The notes under the pieces: model-generated
What the model was told of the DNA's origin: nothing
Database searches by the model: none
What the model saw: only the letters and a program-made list of their open reading frames with translations
Made by a program: the position numbers and the translations under genes
Part shown: positions 48,689 through 59,021 of the stretch, one piece after another
Layout of the letters: each line of letters opens with the position of its first letter
Numbering within the stretch: position 1 is the first letter of the stretch
DNA from: Opitutia bacterium
GTDB taxonomy: Bacteria > Verrucomicrobiota > Verrucomicrobiia > Opitutales > T3Sed10-336
Length of the DNA: 59,592 nucleotides
Direction of reading: 5' to 3'
NCBI GenBank assembly: GCA_050506795.1
Contig: JBJHCF010000030.1
Span: forward strand, 6,145-65,736

Positions 48689-49520
48689 GGGCGGCGCGGG
48701 ATGCGGACCAACTTCGCGACAGGCTGCGGTAGGCGTAGGCGAAGCCGAATATTACCGTGCAGGCCAGGACGATGGAGGCGCCGGAGGAAACGGCGAAATG
48801 GTATGACACGTACAAACCGATAATCCCTCCCAGCACCGCGAAGAGACTGGACAGGAGCATCATTTTCGGCAGGCGGTCGGTTAGAAGGGAGGCCGCCGCG
48901 GCGGGGGTTATCAGCAGCGCGCTGGTCAACACCACCCCCACCGCCTGGATGCCGGAGACCACCGTAAACGCCAGCAGGATCATGAGAATGTAACGCAGCC
49001 TTTCGGTTTTCAACCCGATGACCGCGGCGAAATTGGGATCGTAGGACACCAGTTCCATTTCCTTGAAGAGCACCAGCAAAACCCCCAGCACCAGCACCGC
49101 CACCAGAATGAGGAGCACCAGATTCGTCGCGGTGATTCCCAGAATATTGCCAAAGAGAATGGAGTGAAAGTCGCGGAACGACCGGGTGGAGCTCATCATG
49201 ACAATTCCCAGGGCGAACATCCCCGTGAACATCACTCCGATCGCGGTATCCTCACGCAGTTCCTGGCGCCGGGAAAGCCATCCGATGCCCATCGCGGTGA
49301 TCAGACCCGCCACCAACGCCCCCCAGAAGAGATTCCAGCCGTAGAGGTAGGCGATCACAATGCCGGGCAGTACCGTGTGCGCCAGGGCGTCGCCGATAAA
49401 CGCCATCCGCCGCAGCACCACGTAAACGCCGATGGTGGCGCAGGTGACGCCGACAAAAAAAACGGCGAGAAACCCCATGCGCATGAACACAGGTTCGAGC
49501 GGATCGATGAGCCAGTTCAT
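48684..49520 (-). CDS. Mn/Zn ABC transporter permease
   Basis: VVLRRMAFIGDALAH..LPG, LFGNILG and LLITPAAAA motifs. Confidence 0.92.
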   Translation of the reverse strand: MNWLIDPLEPVFMRMGFLAVFFVGVTCATIGVYVVLRRMAFIGDALAHTVLPGIVIAYLYGWNLFWGALVAGLITAMGIGWLSRRQELREDTAIGVMFTGMFALGIVMMSSTRSFRDFHSILFGNILGITATNLVLLILVAVLVLGVLLVLFKEMELVSYDPNFAAVIGLKTERLRYILMILLAFTVVSGIQAVGVVLTSALLITPAAAASLLTDRLPKMMLLSSLFAVLGGIIGLYVSYHFAVSSGASIVLACTVIFGFAYAYRSLSRSWSASRAAP

Positions 49521-50272
49521 GAGCAGCTGTGTTCCAGCGGGGGCTGATTGGGCGGAGCGTCCACCTGGCGTCCGTCCACCAGGAACACCGCCTGATCGAA
49601 ATCGGATTCCAGGCGCCCGATATCGTGGGTGGCCATGATCACGGTTTTGCCTTCCTCGCGCAGCCGGTCGAGCACGTCGTTGATAATCCCCCGCGTCCGG
49701 GCGTCAACGGCGTTGAGGGGTTCGTCGAGGAGCAGCAGTTCCGCCTCCTGCACGAGGGTCCGGGCGAAAATCGCGCGCTGTTGCTGGCCGCCGGAAAGCT
49801 GACCGATCTGGCGATCGCGCAGGTGGTCGAGTTGCAGCAGGCGGATCTTGTCGTCGACCATCTCCCGGTCCCGCGCGCCAGGGCGACGGAGCCACCCCAT
49901 GTGCACATAACGGCCGGCCATGATGAGGCGTTCGACGCTGATGGGAAAACGCCAGTCGAGTTCGCTGCGCTGGGGGAGAAACGAGACCCGGTGATGGCAG
50001 GTGCCCACCGGATGCCCGAAAATCCGCACCGCGGACCGGTCGGCCGGCAGCAGGTTGGCAATTACTTTCAGCAGCGTGGACTTCCCGGCGCCGTTCGGCC
50101 CGACCAGCGCCACCCGCTGGCCGCGCTCCACCCGCAGGTCGACCCCTCGCAGCGCGGGAATGCGGCTTTCATCGTAACGCGTGGCCAGCCCCTTCACCTC
50201 CAGCGCCGGGGAATTCTCAACGGGAGGCGGGTGATGGCACCCGCTGTAGGTTAACAGTTTCGTCTTAAGCAC
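49517..50272 (-). CDS. Mn/Zn ABC transporter ATP-binding protein
   Basis: GPNGAGKST, PQR..LDWRFP, LSGGQQQR and LLDEP motifs. Confidence 0.92.
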   Translation of the reverse strand: MLKTKLLTYSGCHHPPPVENSPALEVKGLATRYDESRIPALRGVDLRVERGQRVALVGPNGAGKSTLLKVIANLLPADRSAVRIFGHPVGTCHHRVSFLPQRSELDWRFPISVERLIMAGRYVHMGWLRRPGARDREMVDDKIRLLQLDHLRDRQIGQLSGGQQQRAIFARTLVQEAELLLLDEPLNAVDARTRGIINDVLDRLREEGKTVIMATHDIGRLESDFDQAVFLVDGRQVDAPPNQPPLEHSCS

Positions 50273-50381
50273 GGCCTTTATCGATGAAAGTTCATTTGCC
50301 GGGGGATTGCAAGAATCGCCGAGTCAGAGGAGCAACCCCCCGCCGCATTGCCTTGAGATTTTCGCCCCAAATAAGCGTTCT

Positions 50382-50523
50382 ATTCGGGATCGCTATCGGC
50401 ATCGGCATCGGAATCGAAATCGACGGAGCGAAAGCGTTGATGGCGAAGTCTGCAGAGCACGTTCCGTTAATGCCTTTGTTATCAGGATTTTCGATCCCGA
50501 TAGCGATCCCGGTCCCGATTTTT
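50382..50523. repeat. Palindromic element with ATCGG(A/C/G) 6-nt periodic arms (family D copy 1)
   Basis: 15-bp inverted repeat CGGGATCGCTATCGG (50385-50399) / CCGATAGCGATCCCG (50497-50511). Confidence 0.82.
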
Positions 50524-50537
50524 GATTCAAAAAACGA

Positions 50538-51503
50538 CTAATCCCCGAGGTGGGTGACCAGGGAGTCGACGTTGTAGCGCATCATGTCGATGTAGGTGGC
50601 GGCTTCGCCCCCTTCGTGGGAGAGATAATCGGTGTAGAGCGAAGGGCCGACCCGTACACCGGCTTCCCCGGCGATACGGGTCAGGAGTCGGACGTCGCTC
50701 CCCTTCTCGGGGAACACGGCGGGGACGCCGGAACCGCGCAGGGTTTCGATCTGGTGCCCCACATCGGACGCCGCCGGATCGAAGACATCGGTTGTGGCCG
50801 AGGTCAGGGCGGTGCCGACCACGTCGAAATCGTAACGGCGGGCAAAATACCGGAAAACGTCGTGGTGCGTGAAAAGCCGACGCCGGGGCTCGGGAATCAG
50901 GGCGACCCGGGCCTCGATCCACCGGTCGAGTTCCTCCAGCTCGTCCAGGTAACGCGAAGTGTTCGCTTCATAGTAGGCCGCGTTCTCTGGATCCAGTTCG
51001 GAAAAAACCTCCCTCAACGCCTCCGCCACCGTCATGGCATTGCGCACATCGAGCCAGATGTGCGGATCGTTTTCGCCCGCTCCGCAGCGGCTGTGGCCCA
51101 AGTGACGCGGACGCTCGCATTCGACCGCGATCAAGTCGACCGCCCCGGTCAACGTCAGGCGTTGAGCCTGGGAGCGGGATGCCGCGAACAGACGGTCCAG
51201 CCACGGCTCGAAGTCCTCGCCGATTTCCACCACCAGATTGGCCCCGGACAGGGTGCGTCCGTCCGACGGATTGGCGTCAAAAGTGTGAGGATCGCTTTCC
51301 CGGGGCACCAGCGAACGCACGATCACCCGATCGCCGCCGACCTGTTGCACCATATCCTCCAGGATGCTGAAACTGGTCGCCACCTGCAGGCGGTTTTCGT
51401 CGTTTTCCTCCCACTGGACCGCCCCGTCAGGCCCACAGGCGGCCATCGCCACGGCAACCAGGGCGATCGGGAAAATCAAAATACTATTACGCTGCTTAAA
51501 CAT
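50538..51503 (-). CDS. Mn/Zn ABC transporter substrate-binding lipoprotein (TroA/ZnuA family)
   Basis: Lipobox MAAC, DPHTF, DPHIWLD and HDVFRYF motifs. Confidence 0.92.
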   Translation of the reverse strand: MFKQRNSILIFPIALVAVAMAACGPDGAVQWEENDENRLQVATSFSILEDMVQQVGGDRVIVRSLVPRESDPHTFDANPSDGRTLSGANLVVEIGEDFEPWLDRLFAASRSQAQRLTLTGAVDLIAVECERPRHLGHSRCGAGENDPHIWLDVRNAMTVAEALREVFSELDPENAAYYEANTSRYLDELEELDRWIEARVALIPEPRRRLFTHHDVFRYFARRYDFDVVGTALTSATTDVFDPAASDVGHQIETLRGSGVPAVFPEKGSDVRLLTRIAGEAGVRVGPSLYTDYLSHEGGEAATYIDMMRYNVDSLVTHLGD

Positions 51504-51661
51504 ACTGAGAGAAATACGTCCGGACCGTCATGCCGGAAAAGAAGCCTTCGAAACGCTAAAATTAAAGGCGACAAAGCCTGTCGTCAGGCCCGCACCCTTA
51601 GTGGAAGACTACGCTTCGAATACCTTAAATCCAACAACCGGCCCTTCCCCTTGTCAAACCT

Positions 51662-51684
51662 TTAACGCAAAATTTTTGCATTAA
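51662..51684. promoter_or_regulatory. Putative metalloregulator operator
   Basis: 11-1-11 AT-rich dyad TTAACGCAAAA-T-TTTTGCATTAA (1 mismatch), next to a minus-strand TTGACA (51652-51657), upstream of the metal ABC operon. Confidence 0.5.
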
Positions 51685-51707
51685 TGCCTGTCGGTAGGAC
51701 AAGAAAC

Positions 51708-51797
51708 CGTAGCTCCGTCCTTCAGGCGGAGCATGGAGACCCGACCGGCGCTCCCTACGCCGGACCGTTCTAACGCCGTCTAAAGAGCGGCGCTACG
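51708..51797. repeat. Divergent GTAG-type REP doublet
   Basis: CGTAGCTCCGTCCTTCAGGCGGAG … CGCCGTCTAAAGAGCGGCGCTACG. Confidence 0.7.
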
Positions 51798-51880
51798 TTT
51801 GCACCAGCCATGGGAAACTTGAGGCAATGGCAACAGCTTTTCCGTTTAAGGAGACTGCTGCTACTCGGTTTAGGTTTTCC

Positions 51881-51985
51881 ATTCGGGATCGCTATCGGAA
51901 TCGGGATCGGAATCGAGGTTTCGTTATCCAAACCCCCATCAGGGCCTTCGATCCCGATAGCGATCCCGAACCCGATTTGGATTTT
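51881..51985. repeat. Family D palindromic element copy 2
   Basis: TTCGGGATCGCTATCGG (51882-51898) / CCGATAGCGATCCCGAA (51954-51970). Confidence 0.82.
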
Positions 51986-52164
51986 CAAACAATGAACCTA
52001 CCTAACCGAGCGCCGTTGATGTTAGACCAGAAAAAGCATCGGATTATCGTCTTAACCGTGCCATTCAGGTCAGAGCGGCTGTCTCCCGCTCCTTCCCGCA
52101 GTTACGCCAAAGGGAAATGAAACATTGAAAAGTCAGGGATAAAATCTACCTTTTCCCGGTCGGT

Positions 52165-53958
52165 ATGGGTTTCATGAAGACTAATTGTGTGACATCACTC
52201 CTGCGGGGGGCCTTGAGCGGGCTGGCGATCCTATTCGCGGCCTGCTCGGCGGAGATCGAATCGGAACGGGTCGATTATCCGTTGCCCGAGGATGTCGATA
52301 TCTCGGTCCGCGCCGCCGGCGAGCGGGGGGATGTGTTCACCGGCGCTTCCGCCGGCACCCCGGCCACCTTCAATCCGCTCGTGTCGGAAGACGCGAGTTC
52401 CACGGAGGCCATCCTGCGGCTGATGGAGGGATTGACCCGCTTCGATCCGGTAACCGACGAGGTCGTGCCCGCCCTGGCCAAATCCTGGGATATCTCAGAG
52501 GACAGCCGCTCGTTCACCTTTCACTTGCGCCGCGACGTCAAGTGGAGCGACGGCGAGCCTTTTTCCGCGGACGACGTGATCTTCACCTTCAAGGCCATCT
52601 ACGACGAACGTTTCCCCAACCGCATGCAGATGGAGTTCGCGGTCAACGGGGAGCCGTTCGAGGTGGAAAAGATTGACGATTATACGGTTCGCATCACCAC
52701 CGCCGACGTCTACGCTCCCTTCCTGCTCTACATCGCAACGCCCATCCTGCCCCGCCACAAACTCATCGACGCCTTCGAGGACGGCACCCTCCTGCGGCAG
52801 TGGACCATCAGCACCGCCACTCGCACACCGGAAGAGATCGTCGGCACGGGGGCCTTTCGCATTCGTTCGTTTCGACCGGCGCAGCGCATGATCTACGAGC
52901 CGAACCCGCACTATTGGCGCGCCGACGAAGCCGGCTCCCGGTTGCCCTACGTCGACTTTTTCATCGAACGGTTCGTCCAGGACCAGAATTCGACCATGGT
53001 GGCGTTTGCCTCCGGACAGAGCGACCACCAGGCAATCACCCCGGACCAGGTCGGCTGGATACGCCGCAACGCCGAGCGTCACGATTATTCCGTGCACGAC
53101 CGGGGCCCCTCCACCAGCACGAGTTTTATCTGGTTCAATCAGAACCCCGGTCGCAACGAAAACGGTGTTCCCTTCGTCGAACCGCACAAGCTGGAATGGT
53201 TTCAGGACCAGCGTTTCCGTCAGGCCGTATCCTATGGTATCGACCGACAGGGCCTCATCGACGGGGTTATTTTCGGCCGCGGGGAACCGCTTTGGAGTTC
53301 GGTCAGCCCGGCCAACACCCAGTGGTACAACCCGGACGTAAAGCAGTATCCCTACAACCCGGAACGGTCGCGGGAACTCCTCCGGGAGGCCGGTTTCGAA
53401 TGGCGGCCCAACGGCGACCTTCACGACCGCCACGGCAATCGCGTCACCTTTTCCCTCATTACCAACGAGGACAACCGCCTGCGCGCCAACATGGCCACGG
53501 TCTTCATGGAGAACATGAAAGACCTGGGCATCGAGGTGCGGCTGCGGCTGATCGACTTCAGCAATTTCGTCAACCGCATCTCCGATTCCTTCAACTACGA
53601 AGCGGGGCTGCTCGGTTTCACCGGCGGCCGCGACCCCCACGGGGGCATGTCCATTTACAGCAGCCGCGGAAGGTTGCACGTCTGGCACCCCAATCAGCCG
53701 GAGCCGGCGACAGAGTGGGAAGCGCGCATTGACGAATTGATGCAAAAACAGTTGCGTACCCTGGATGAGGACGAGCGCCGCGAGTATTTCAACGAGGTCC
53801 AGTACATCATGAGCGAACAGATGCCTTTGATTTACCTGATCACACCGAACATCTACGAGGGACTGCGAAACCGCTGGCGGAACATCGACCCGCCGAGCAT
53901 GGGTTCCCTCATCTGGAACCTCGACGAGATCTGGGCGGAGCAACGCCTGCTGCCCTGA
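52165..53958 (+). CDS. Peptide/nickel ABC transporter substrate-binding lipoprotein (family 5)
   Basis: Lipobox FAAC, PALAKSW, FTFHLRRDVKWSDGEPFSADDVIFT and FRQAVS..IDR motifs. Confidence 0.92.
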   Translation: MGFMKTNCVTSLLRGALSGLAILFAACSAEIESERVDYPLPEDVDISVRAAGERGDVFTGASAGTPATFNPLVSEDASSTEAILRLMEGLTRFDPVTDEVVPALAKSWDISEDSRSFTFHLRRDVKWSDGEPFSADDVIFTFKAIYDERFPNRMQMEFAVNGEPFEVEKIDDYTVRITTADVYAPFLLYIATPILPRHKLIDAFEDGTLLRQWTISTATRTPEEIVGTGAFRIRSFRPAQRMIYEPNPHYWRADEAGSRLPYVDFFIERFVQDQNSTMVAFASGQSDHQAITPDQVGWIRRNAERHDYSVHDRGPSTSTSFIWFNQNPGRNENGVPFVEPHKLEWFQDQRFRQAVSYGIDRQGLIDGVIFGRGEPLWSSVSPANTQWYNPDVKQYPYNPERSRELLREAGFEWRPNGDLHDRHGNRVTFSLITNEDNRLRANMATVFMENMKDLGIEVRLRLIDFSNFVNRISDSFNYEAGLLGFTGGRDPHGGMSIYSSRGRLHVWHPNQPEPATEWEARIDELMQKQLRTLDEDERREYFNEVQYIMSEQMPLIYLITPNIYEGLRNRWRNIDPPSMGSLIWNLDEIWAEQRLLP

Positions 53959-53959
53959 T

Positions 53960-54937
53960 ATGAGGACCGTCATTACCAGACGCCTCCTCGCGCTGATTCC
54001 CATGTTGCTGGGTATCACGTTTATGGCCACCATGCTCATGCACCTGGCGCCGGGGGACTTTCTCGACCAGGTGAGGATGCAGCGCGACGCCGACCCCGAA
54101 TACATCGAGCGGCTGGAGCGGGAGTTCGGTTTGGACAACCCCTGGTACGTGCAGTACTTCCTCTGGCTGAAAAACGTCCTGCCCTGGGACCTGCGTTCCG
54201 ATTTCGGCTACTCCTTCCACTACAAGGTCGATGTCTGGGAACTGCTGGGACAGCGCCTGCCGGCGACTATCATTCTGTCGCTGACTTCCCTCACGTTCGC
54301 CTGGCTCATCGCCATTCCGTTGGGAGTGCTGGCGGCCATTTACAAGGATTCGATCTTCGACCGCATCAGCTCGATCCTGGCTTATGCCGCGCTTTCCATC
54401 CCGGAGTTTTTCCTCGCCCTGCTGGCGCTTTTCTTCGCCGCGCGCACCGGAATTTTCCCGCTGGGCGGGTTCACGTCCACCGAACACGAATTCATGTCGC
54501 CGCTGCGGCGGCTGCTCGACATCGGCCACCACCTGGTGCTGCCCACCATCGTGGTCGGCATCGGCAGCATCGCCAGCATCATGCGCATCATGCGGGCGAA
54601 CTTCATCGACAACATCCGCTCGGAGTACGTCACCACCGCCCGCGCCAAGGGTGTCCCCGAGGGGGTCGTCATGTTCCGGCACGTCTTCCGCAACGCCATC
54701 AATCCGCTCATCACGGCGGCGGGTTTCGCCTTTTCCACCATCCTCAGCGGAGCGCTCATGGTGGAAATCGTCATGAACTATCCCGGCATCGGGCACCTGG
54801 TCTTTCACGCCCTGCTGCAACAGGACCAGTTCGTCGTGCTCGGCGCCCTGGTGATGGGCAGCACCATGCTGATCATGGGCAACCTCCTGGCCGACATCGT
54901 GCTGGCCTGGAACGACCCGCGCATTCGTTATGACTAG
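53960..54937 (+). CDS. Peptide ABC transporter permease (OppB/DppB-like)
   Basis: LAPGD, EYVTTARAKG, RHVFRNA and DPRIR motifs. Confidence 0.92.
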   Translation: MRTVITRRLLALIPMLLGITFMATMLMHLAPGDFLDQVRMQRDADPEYIERLEREFGLDNPWYVQYFLWLKNVLPWDLRSDFGYSFHYKVDVWELLGQRLPATIILSLTSLTFAWLIAIPLGVLAAIYKDSIFDRISSILAYAALSIPEFFLALLALFFAARTGIFPLGGFTSTEHEFMSPLRRLLDIGHHLVLPTIVVGIGSIASIMRIMRANFIDNIRSEYVTTARAKGVPEGVVMFRHVFRNAINPLITAAGFAFSTILSGALMVEIVMNYPGIGHLVFHALLQQDQFVVLGALVMGSTMLIMGNLLADIVLAWNDPRIRYD

Positions 54938-55988
54938 GAGGAAATCACTCATACGTCAGGTGGCCGAAAGGCGCCTCGGACTGGCGGTCCTCATCCTCCT
55001 GGGGTCTCTTTACCTGATTGCCCTTTTCGCCGACTTTCTGGCGCCTTACCAAACGCCGGACCAGGACCTGCAGAAAACCTACCACCCGCCGACCGGAGTT
55101 TTTTGGAAAGACGGACGCCTCCACGTGCAGCGCTACGAACTGGCCGACCCCTCGGAAATGGTGTACCGCAAAATCGAAGGCGAAGGCGCGCCCATCCGGT
55201 TCTTCGCCCAGGGCTACGAGTATCGGCTCTTCGGCCTGATCCCGGCCAGCCGCCATCTCTTCCAGGTGGACGCCCCCGACCGCATCTACCTGCTGGGGAG
55301 CGATGAAACCGGACGGGACAACTTTTCCCGGTTGCTTTACGGCTCGCGGATTTCCCTCTCTATCGGCCTGGTGGGCATCAGCATCATCATGGTGTTCGGT
55401 TTCGCCGCCGGAGGGTTTGCCGGTTATTTCGGCGGGATCTGGGACAACGTCACCATGCGATTCATCGAACTGGTCATGGCCGTTCCCGGACTCTACCTGC
55501 TGCTGGTGCTCCGTTCCACCTTCCCCGATCACCTCTCACCGGCCCAGACCTTTTTCCTGATCGTGGTCATCCTGAGCTTCCTGGCCTGGGGTGGCACCGC
55601 GCGTATCATCCGGGGCATGTCACTGTCGTTGCGCAACCGGCAGTTCGTGATGGCGGCGGAGGTGCTCGGACAGTCCTCCTGGAAGATCATCTGGAAACAC
55701 ATTCTGCCCAATGTCTTCAGCTACCTGGTGGTGGCCGCCAGTCTCAGCATTCCCGGCTTCATCCTGGGCGAGGCCGCGCTGAGCTTTCTCGGACTCGGCA
55801 TCCAGGAACCCTCCGCCTCCTGGGGGCTTATGCTGAGCCAGGCGCAGGACATGAAGGTCTTTATGCTCGGTTTCTGGTGGCTGCTGATTCCCGGCGCCGC
55901 CATCTTCGTGACCGTCATCGCGTTCAACGTCCTGGGCGACGTGCTGCGCGACATCGTCGACCCCAAACAGAAATTCCTCAACCGCTGA
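54930..55988 (+). CDS. Peptide ABC transporter permease (OppC/DppC-like)
   Basis: LGSDETGRD.FSRLLYGSRISL, HILPN and EAALSFLGLG motifs. Confidence 0.92.
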   Translation: MTRRKSLIRQVAERRLGLAVLILLGSLYLIALFADFLAPYQTPDQDLQKTYHPPTGVFWKDGRLHVQRYELADPSEMVYRKIEGEGAPIRFFAQGYEYRLFGLIPASRHLFQVDAPDRIYLLGSDETGRDNFSRLLYGSRISLSIGLVGISIIMVFGFAAGGFAGYFGGIWDNVTMRFIELVMAVPGLYLLLVLRSTFPDHLSPAQTFFLIVVILSFLAWGGTARIIRGMSLSLRNRQFVMAAEVLGQSSWKIIWKHILPNVFSYLVVAASLSIPGFILGEAALSFLGLGIQEPSASWGLMLSQAQDMKVFMLGFWWLLIPGAAIFVTVIAFNVLGDVLRDIVDPKQKFLNR

Positions 55989-56001
55989 TCCGCCGAACGC
56001 C

Positions 56002-56892
56002 ATGACCGAAAACGGAAACCAAAACTCATCCCAATCCGCGACACCGGAACTCCTCCTCGACGTCCGCGATCTGGTGATCGAGTTTCGCTCGCGGGGCGAA
56101 GTCAATCGCGCGGTGAACGGGATTTCCTTCCAGGTCCACAAAGGAGAAACCCTCGCGGTGGTCGGCGAAAGCGGCAGCGGCAAGAGCGTCACCGCGATGT
56201 CCCTCACCCAACTGCTGCCCGAGGAGCCCGTCTGCCGCATCACCGGCGACATCCATTTCGGCGGACGCAACCTGACGCAATGTGGGTCGCGGGAAATCCG
56301 CAAATACCGGGGCCGCGAAATCGCCTACATCTTCCAGGAGCCGGCCACCTCGCTCAATCCGGTTTTCACCATCGGCAACCAGATCGCCGAAGCCATCAAG
56401 CTGCACCGTCCGGAGGTCAAGGACGTGCGCGCCGAAATCATCCGCGCCCTCGACCTGGTTAAAATTCGCGACCCGGAAAAGCGCTACCTCGACTACCCGC
56501 ATCAGTTGAGCGGCGGCATGCAGCAACGAGTCATGATCGCCATGGCCCTGGCCTGCCACCCCAAACTCCTGGTGGCGGACGAACCCACCACCGCGCTCGA
56601 TGTCACCATCCAGGCCCAGATCATGGACCTGCTTCGGGAAATCCGATCGCGCATGACCATGTCGATCATTCTCATCACCCACAACTTCGGCATCGTCTCC
56701 GACTTCGCCGACAAGGTAATCGTCATGTTCCGCGGAGATATCGTGGAAGCCGGCCCCACCGAGGAAGTGCTCCGCAACCCCCAACACCCCTACACCAAGG
56801 CCCTCATCGCCTGCATTCCGCGCATGGGAGCCCGCCAACAACGCCTCACCACCATCGACTACGCCGAGCTGGAAAAAAACGGCGCCTCCTGA
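56002..56892 (+). CDS. Peptide ABC transporter ATPase (OppD/DppD-like)
   Basis: GESGSGKS, YPHQLSGGMQQRV, ADEPTTALDVTIQAQ and HPYT motifs. Confidence 0.93.
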   Translation: MTENGNQNSSQSATPELLLDVRDLVIEFRSRGEVNRAVNGISFQVHKGETLAVVGESGSGKSVTAMSLTQLLPEEPVCRITGDIHFGGRNLTQCGSREIRKYRGREIAYIFQEPATSLNPVFTIGNQIAEAIKLHRPEVKDVRAEIIRALDLVKIRDPEKRYLDYPHQLSGGMQQRVMIAMALACHPKLLVADEPTTALDVTIQAQIMDLLREIRSRMTMSIILITHNFGIVSDFADKVIVMFRGDIVEAGPTEEVLRNPQHPYTKALIACIPRMGARQQRLTTIDYAELEKNGAS

Positions 56893-56928
56893 ACAACAAT
56901 GGATTTTCTTTCAAACCACGGATTGGTG

Positions 56929-57023
56929 AACCACAGAGAACACAAAGATCACAAAGAAGTGGGGGTTTTTGCGCCGTTTCCTCGCTTCTCAAACGTATTT
57001 TGTGATCTTTGTGCTCTTTGTGG
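56929..57023. repeat. Family B palindromic element
   Basis: AACCACAGAGAACACAAAGATCACAAA … TTTGTGATCTTTGTGCTCTTTGTGG, between the two ATPase genes. Confidence 0.82.
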
Positions 57024-57050
57024 CCATTCCAGTCCTTTCAGAAACTGACC

Positions 57051-57866
57051 ATGTCCGAAAAATCCGCCAGCACCACCGAAACGCCGCTCCTCGAAGTCAA
57101 AGACCTGAAAGTCCATTTCCCGGTCTACGGAGGCGTTTTCCGCCGGGTGATCGATCACGTCAGGGCGGTGGACGGCGTTTCCTTCCGCGTTCCGCAAGGC
57201 AAGACCGTCGGTCTGGTGGGTGAAAGCGGCAGCGGCAAAACCACCATCGGCCGCTCCATCGTCAAACTCAACCCCATCACCTCCGGCACGATTCACTACC
57301 GCGGCCACAACATCTCCTCCCTCTCCCGCAAAGCGTTTTTCCCCTACCGCAAGAAGATCCAGATGATCTTCCAGGATCCGTTCAATTCCCTCAATCCCCG
57401 CATGACCGTTGAGGCCATCCTGGCGGAACCGCTCACCATTCATTTCCCCAAAATGACCCGGCAACAACGCCGCGACCGCTCGGCCGAACTTTTGGATCAG
57501 GTCGGCCTGGAGCGGCGTCACCTGGAACGCTACCCCCACGAATTCAGCGGCGGCCAGCGCCAGCGCATCGGCATCGCCCGATCATTGGCGGTGGAACCCG
57601 AGTTCATCATCTGCGACGAACCCGTCAGCGCCCTCGACGTCTCCGTGCAGGCGGCCATCGTCAACCTCCTCCAGGACCTGCAGGAACGCCTCGGTCTCAC
57701 CTACCTCTTCATCGCCCACGACCTCGCCGTGGTCGAGCACATCAGCGACGAAGTCCTGGTCATGACCGAAGGCAAAATCGTGGAACAAGCCACCGCCCGC
57801 GAAATCTACGAATCCCCACAACACGAATACACCCGCAAACTCCTCGAAGCCGTCCCCAAGCTCTGA
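57051..57866 (+). CDS. Peptide ABC transporter ATPase (OppF/DppF-like)
   Basis: [26 protein letters not shown] and [14 protein letters not shown] motifs. Confidence 0.93.
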   Translation: MSEKSASTTETPLLEVKDLKVHFPVYGGVFRRVIDHVRAVDGVSFRVPQGKTVGLVGESGSGKTTIGRSIVKLNPITSGTIHYRGHNISSLSRKAFFPYRKKIQMIFQDPFNSLNPRMTVEAILAEPLTIHFPKMTRQQRRDRSAELLDQVGLERRHLERYPHEFSGGQRQRIGIARSLAVEPEFIICDEPVSALDVSVQAAIVNLLQDLQERLGLTYLFIAHDLAVVEHISDEVLVMTEGKIVEQATAREIYESPQHEYTRKLLEAVPKL

Positions 57867-57892
57867 GGAGTTTCGAGACCCCTTCAACCACA

Positions 57893-57916
57893 GTGACACA
57901 GACATTCCTGTCTGTC
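57893..57916. repeat. Single REP-like hairpin
   Basis: GTGACACAGACATTCCTGTCTGTC (ACAGAC-ATTCCT-GTCTGT), between convergent genes. Confidence 0.5.
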
Positions 57917-57998
57917 CTTCCGTCAAGTTCGAAGCCGAGACTTCGCAGAGTGAAATGTCCGCCCCACTCCCTTTCGATCGCCGCTCGCGTCGGGCGGC

Positions 57999-59021
57999 TC
58001 AAAACGGGACAGTCGCCGAAATCGACCCGAAGAGCAGGCTCCGGTCCTGGCTTTCAAATTGCCGCGTTCGGTACACAATTGAATACGTCGCGCGGAAATC
58101 CCTGTACTCAAATCCCAGCCCTCCGTTGAGCTCCGCCACCCACGGTCTGCGCTCCACGCTGCGGCTGTCGCGAAACGTGTTCCCATCCAGGAATATATCG
58201 TGGGCCACATACCGCCCGTCGACCCCGGCAAACAGGTGAACGCCGAACGGGGGACGCGGAGCTCCGTCGTCGGCAGGTAATGGGACATCACCCGGACGGC
58301 GCAGGGGATTGGTCCCGAAATCCCGGGGCAGGTTGTAGCCGTACCGAACCATTCCCCCCGCGCTTCCGTAAACCGCCACATTGCCGACACCCGCCCCGAC
58401 GTGCGGAATGAAATCGGTCCGGAACGCCTCGCCGAAAGCGTAGTCGCCCGCACGCCACTTCCGCTCGTACAACCCCAGGATCCCGGGCTCGGTTTTCAAC
58501 TGATGGTCCCATCCCTCAGGCCGGTCCGCGCCAAATATGCTGTGAATGGTTTTCTGCGTTTCCTCTGCGAGCGAGAGTGGGCCTATCACTCCGACATTGA
58601 ATTCAATGATGTCGGTTCGCGTGAGGGTTTTGCTGTGGAAGGAAATGCCCGCATACAGCCATCCCGCATAAGGACGATCGTCCTGAGGGGGATTCGGCAA
58701 CCTGATATCGTCGGGTGTATAAATCTCCTGGCCAAAACTCAGGCCGAGGTTTCGCACCACACCAGGCCGGTTTATAAACGGCAGGTGACCAACCACCGTT
58801 TCACTCCAACCCGTGAGTTCGTAATCATCCATGTCCGCGGAAAGCCAGGAGAACTTGAACCCATTGGTGTATTGCCTGTCGGATCGCGCGAAAATATCAT
58901 TCTCCCAATAAAGCGTTAACTGAGACTGTTGCCCGCGGTCCGAACCGAAAAGGGAACCGGCAGCCAACCCAAAGACGCCTCCCGAAATCAAAACGCGAAA
59001 CAATACAGGGAAAAAACGCAT
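57999..59021 (-). CDS. Lipid A deacylase LpxR family (DUF2219) outer-membrane protein
   Basis: ENDIF..SDRQYTNG, GQEIYTP, DRPYAGWL, GWDHQL, IFLDGN and a terminal Phe. Confidence 0.88.
   Translation of the reverse strand: MRFFPVLFRVLISGGVFGLAAGSLFGSDRGQQSQLTLYWENDIFARSDRQYTNGFKFSWLSADMDDYELTGWSETVVGHLPFINRPGVVRNLGLSFGQEIYTPDDIRLPNPPQDDRPYAGWLYAGISFHSKTLTRTDIIEFNVGVIGPLSLAEETQKTIHSIFGADRPEGWDHQLKTEPGILGLYERKWRAGDYAFGEAFRTDFIPHVGAGVGNVAVYGSAGGMVRYGYNLPRDFGTNPLRRPGDVPLPADDGAPRPPFGVHLFAGVDGRYVAHDIFLDGNTFRDSRSVERRPWVAELNGGLGFEYRDFRATYSIVYRTRQFESQDRSLLFGSISATVPF

Noticed and set aside
51504..51650. yybP-ykoY or NiCo riboswitch call
   Set aside because: The consensus motifs could not be identified by eye; kept only as an unclassified structured-leader candidate.
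50284..51995. Small ORFs with GIAIGIGIGIE or FDPDSDP repeats
   Set aside because: They are translations of the family D repeat arms, with no independent coding evidence.
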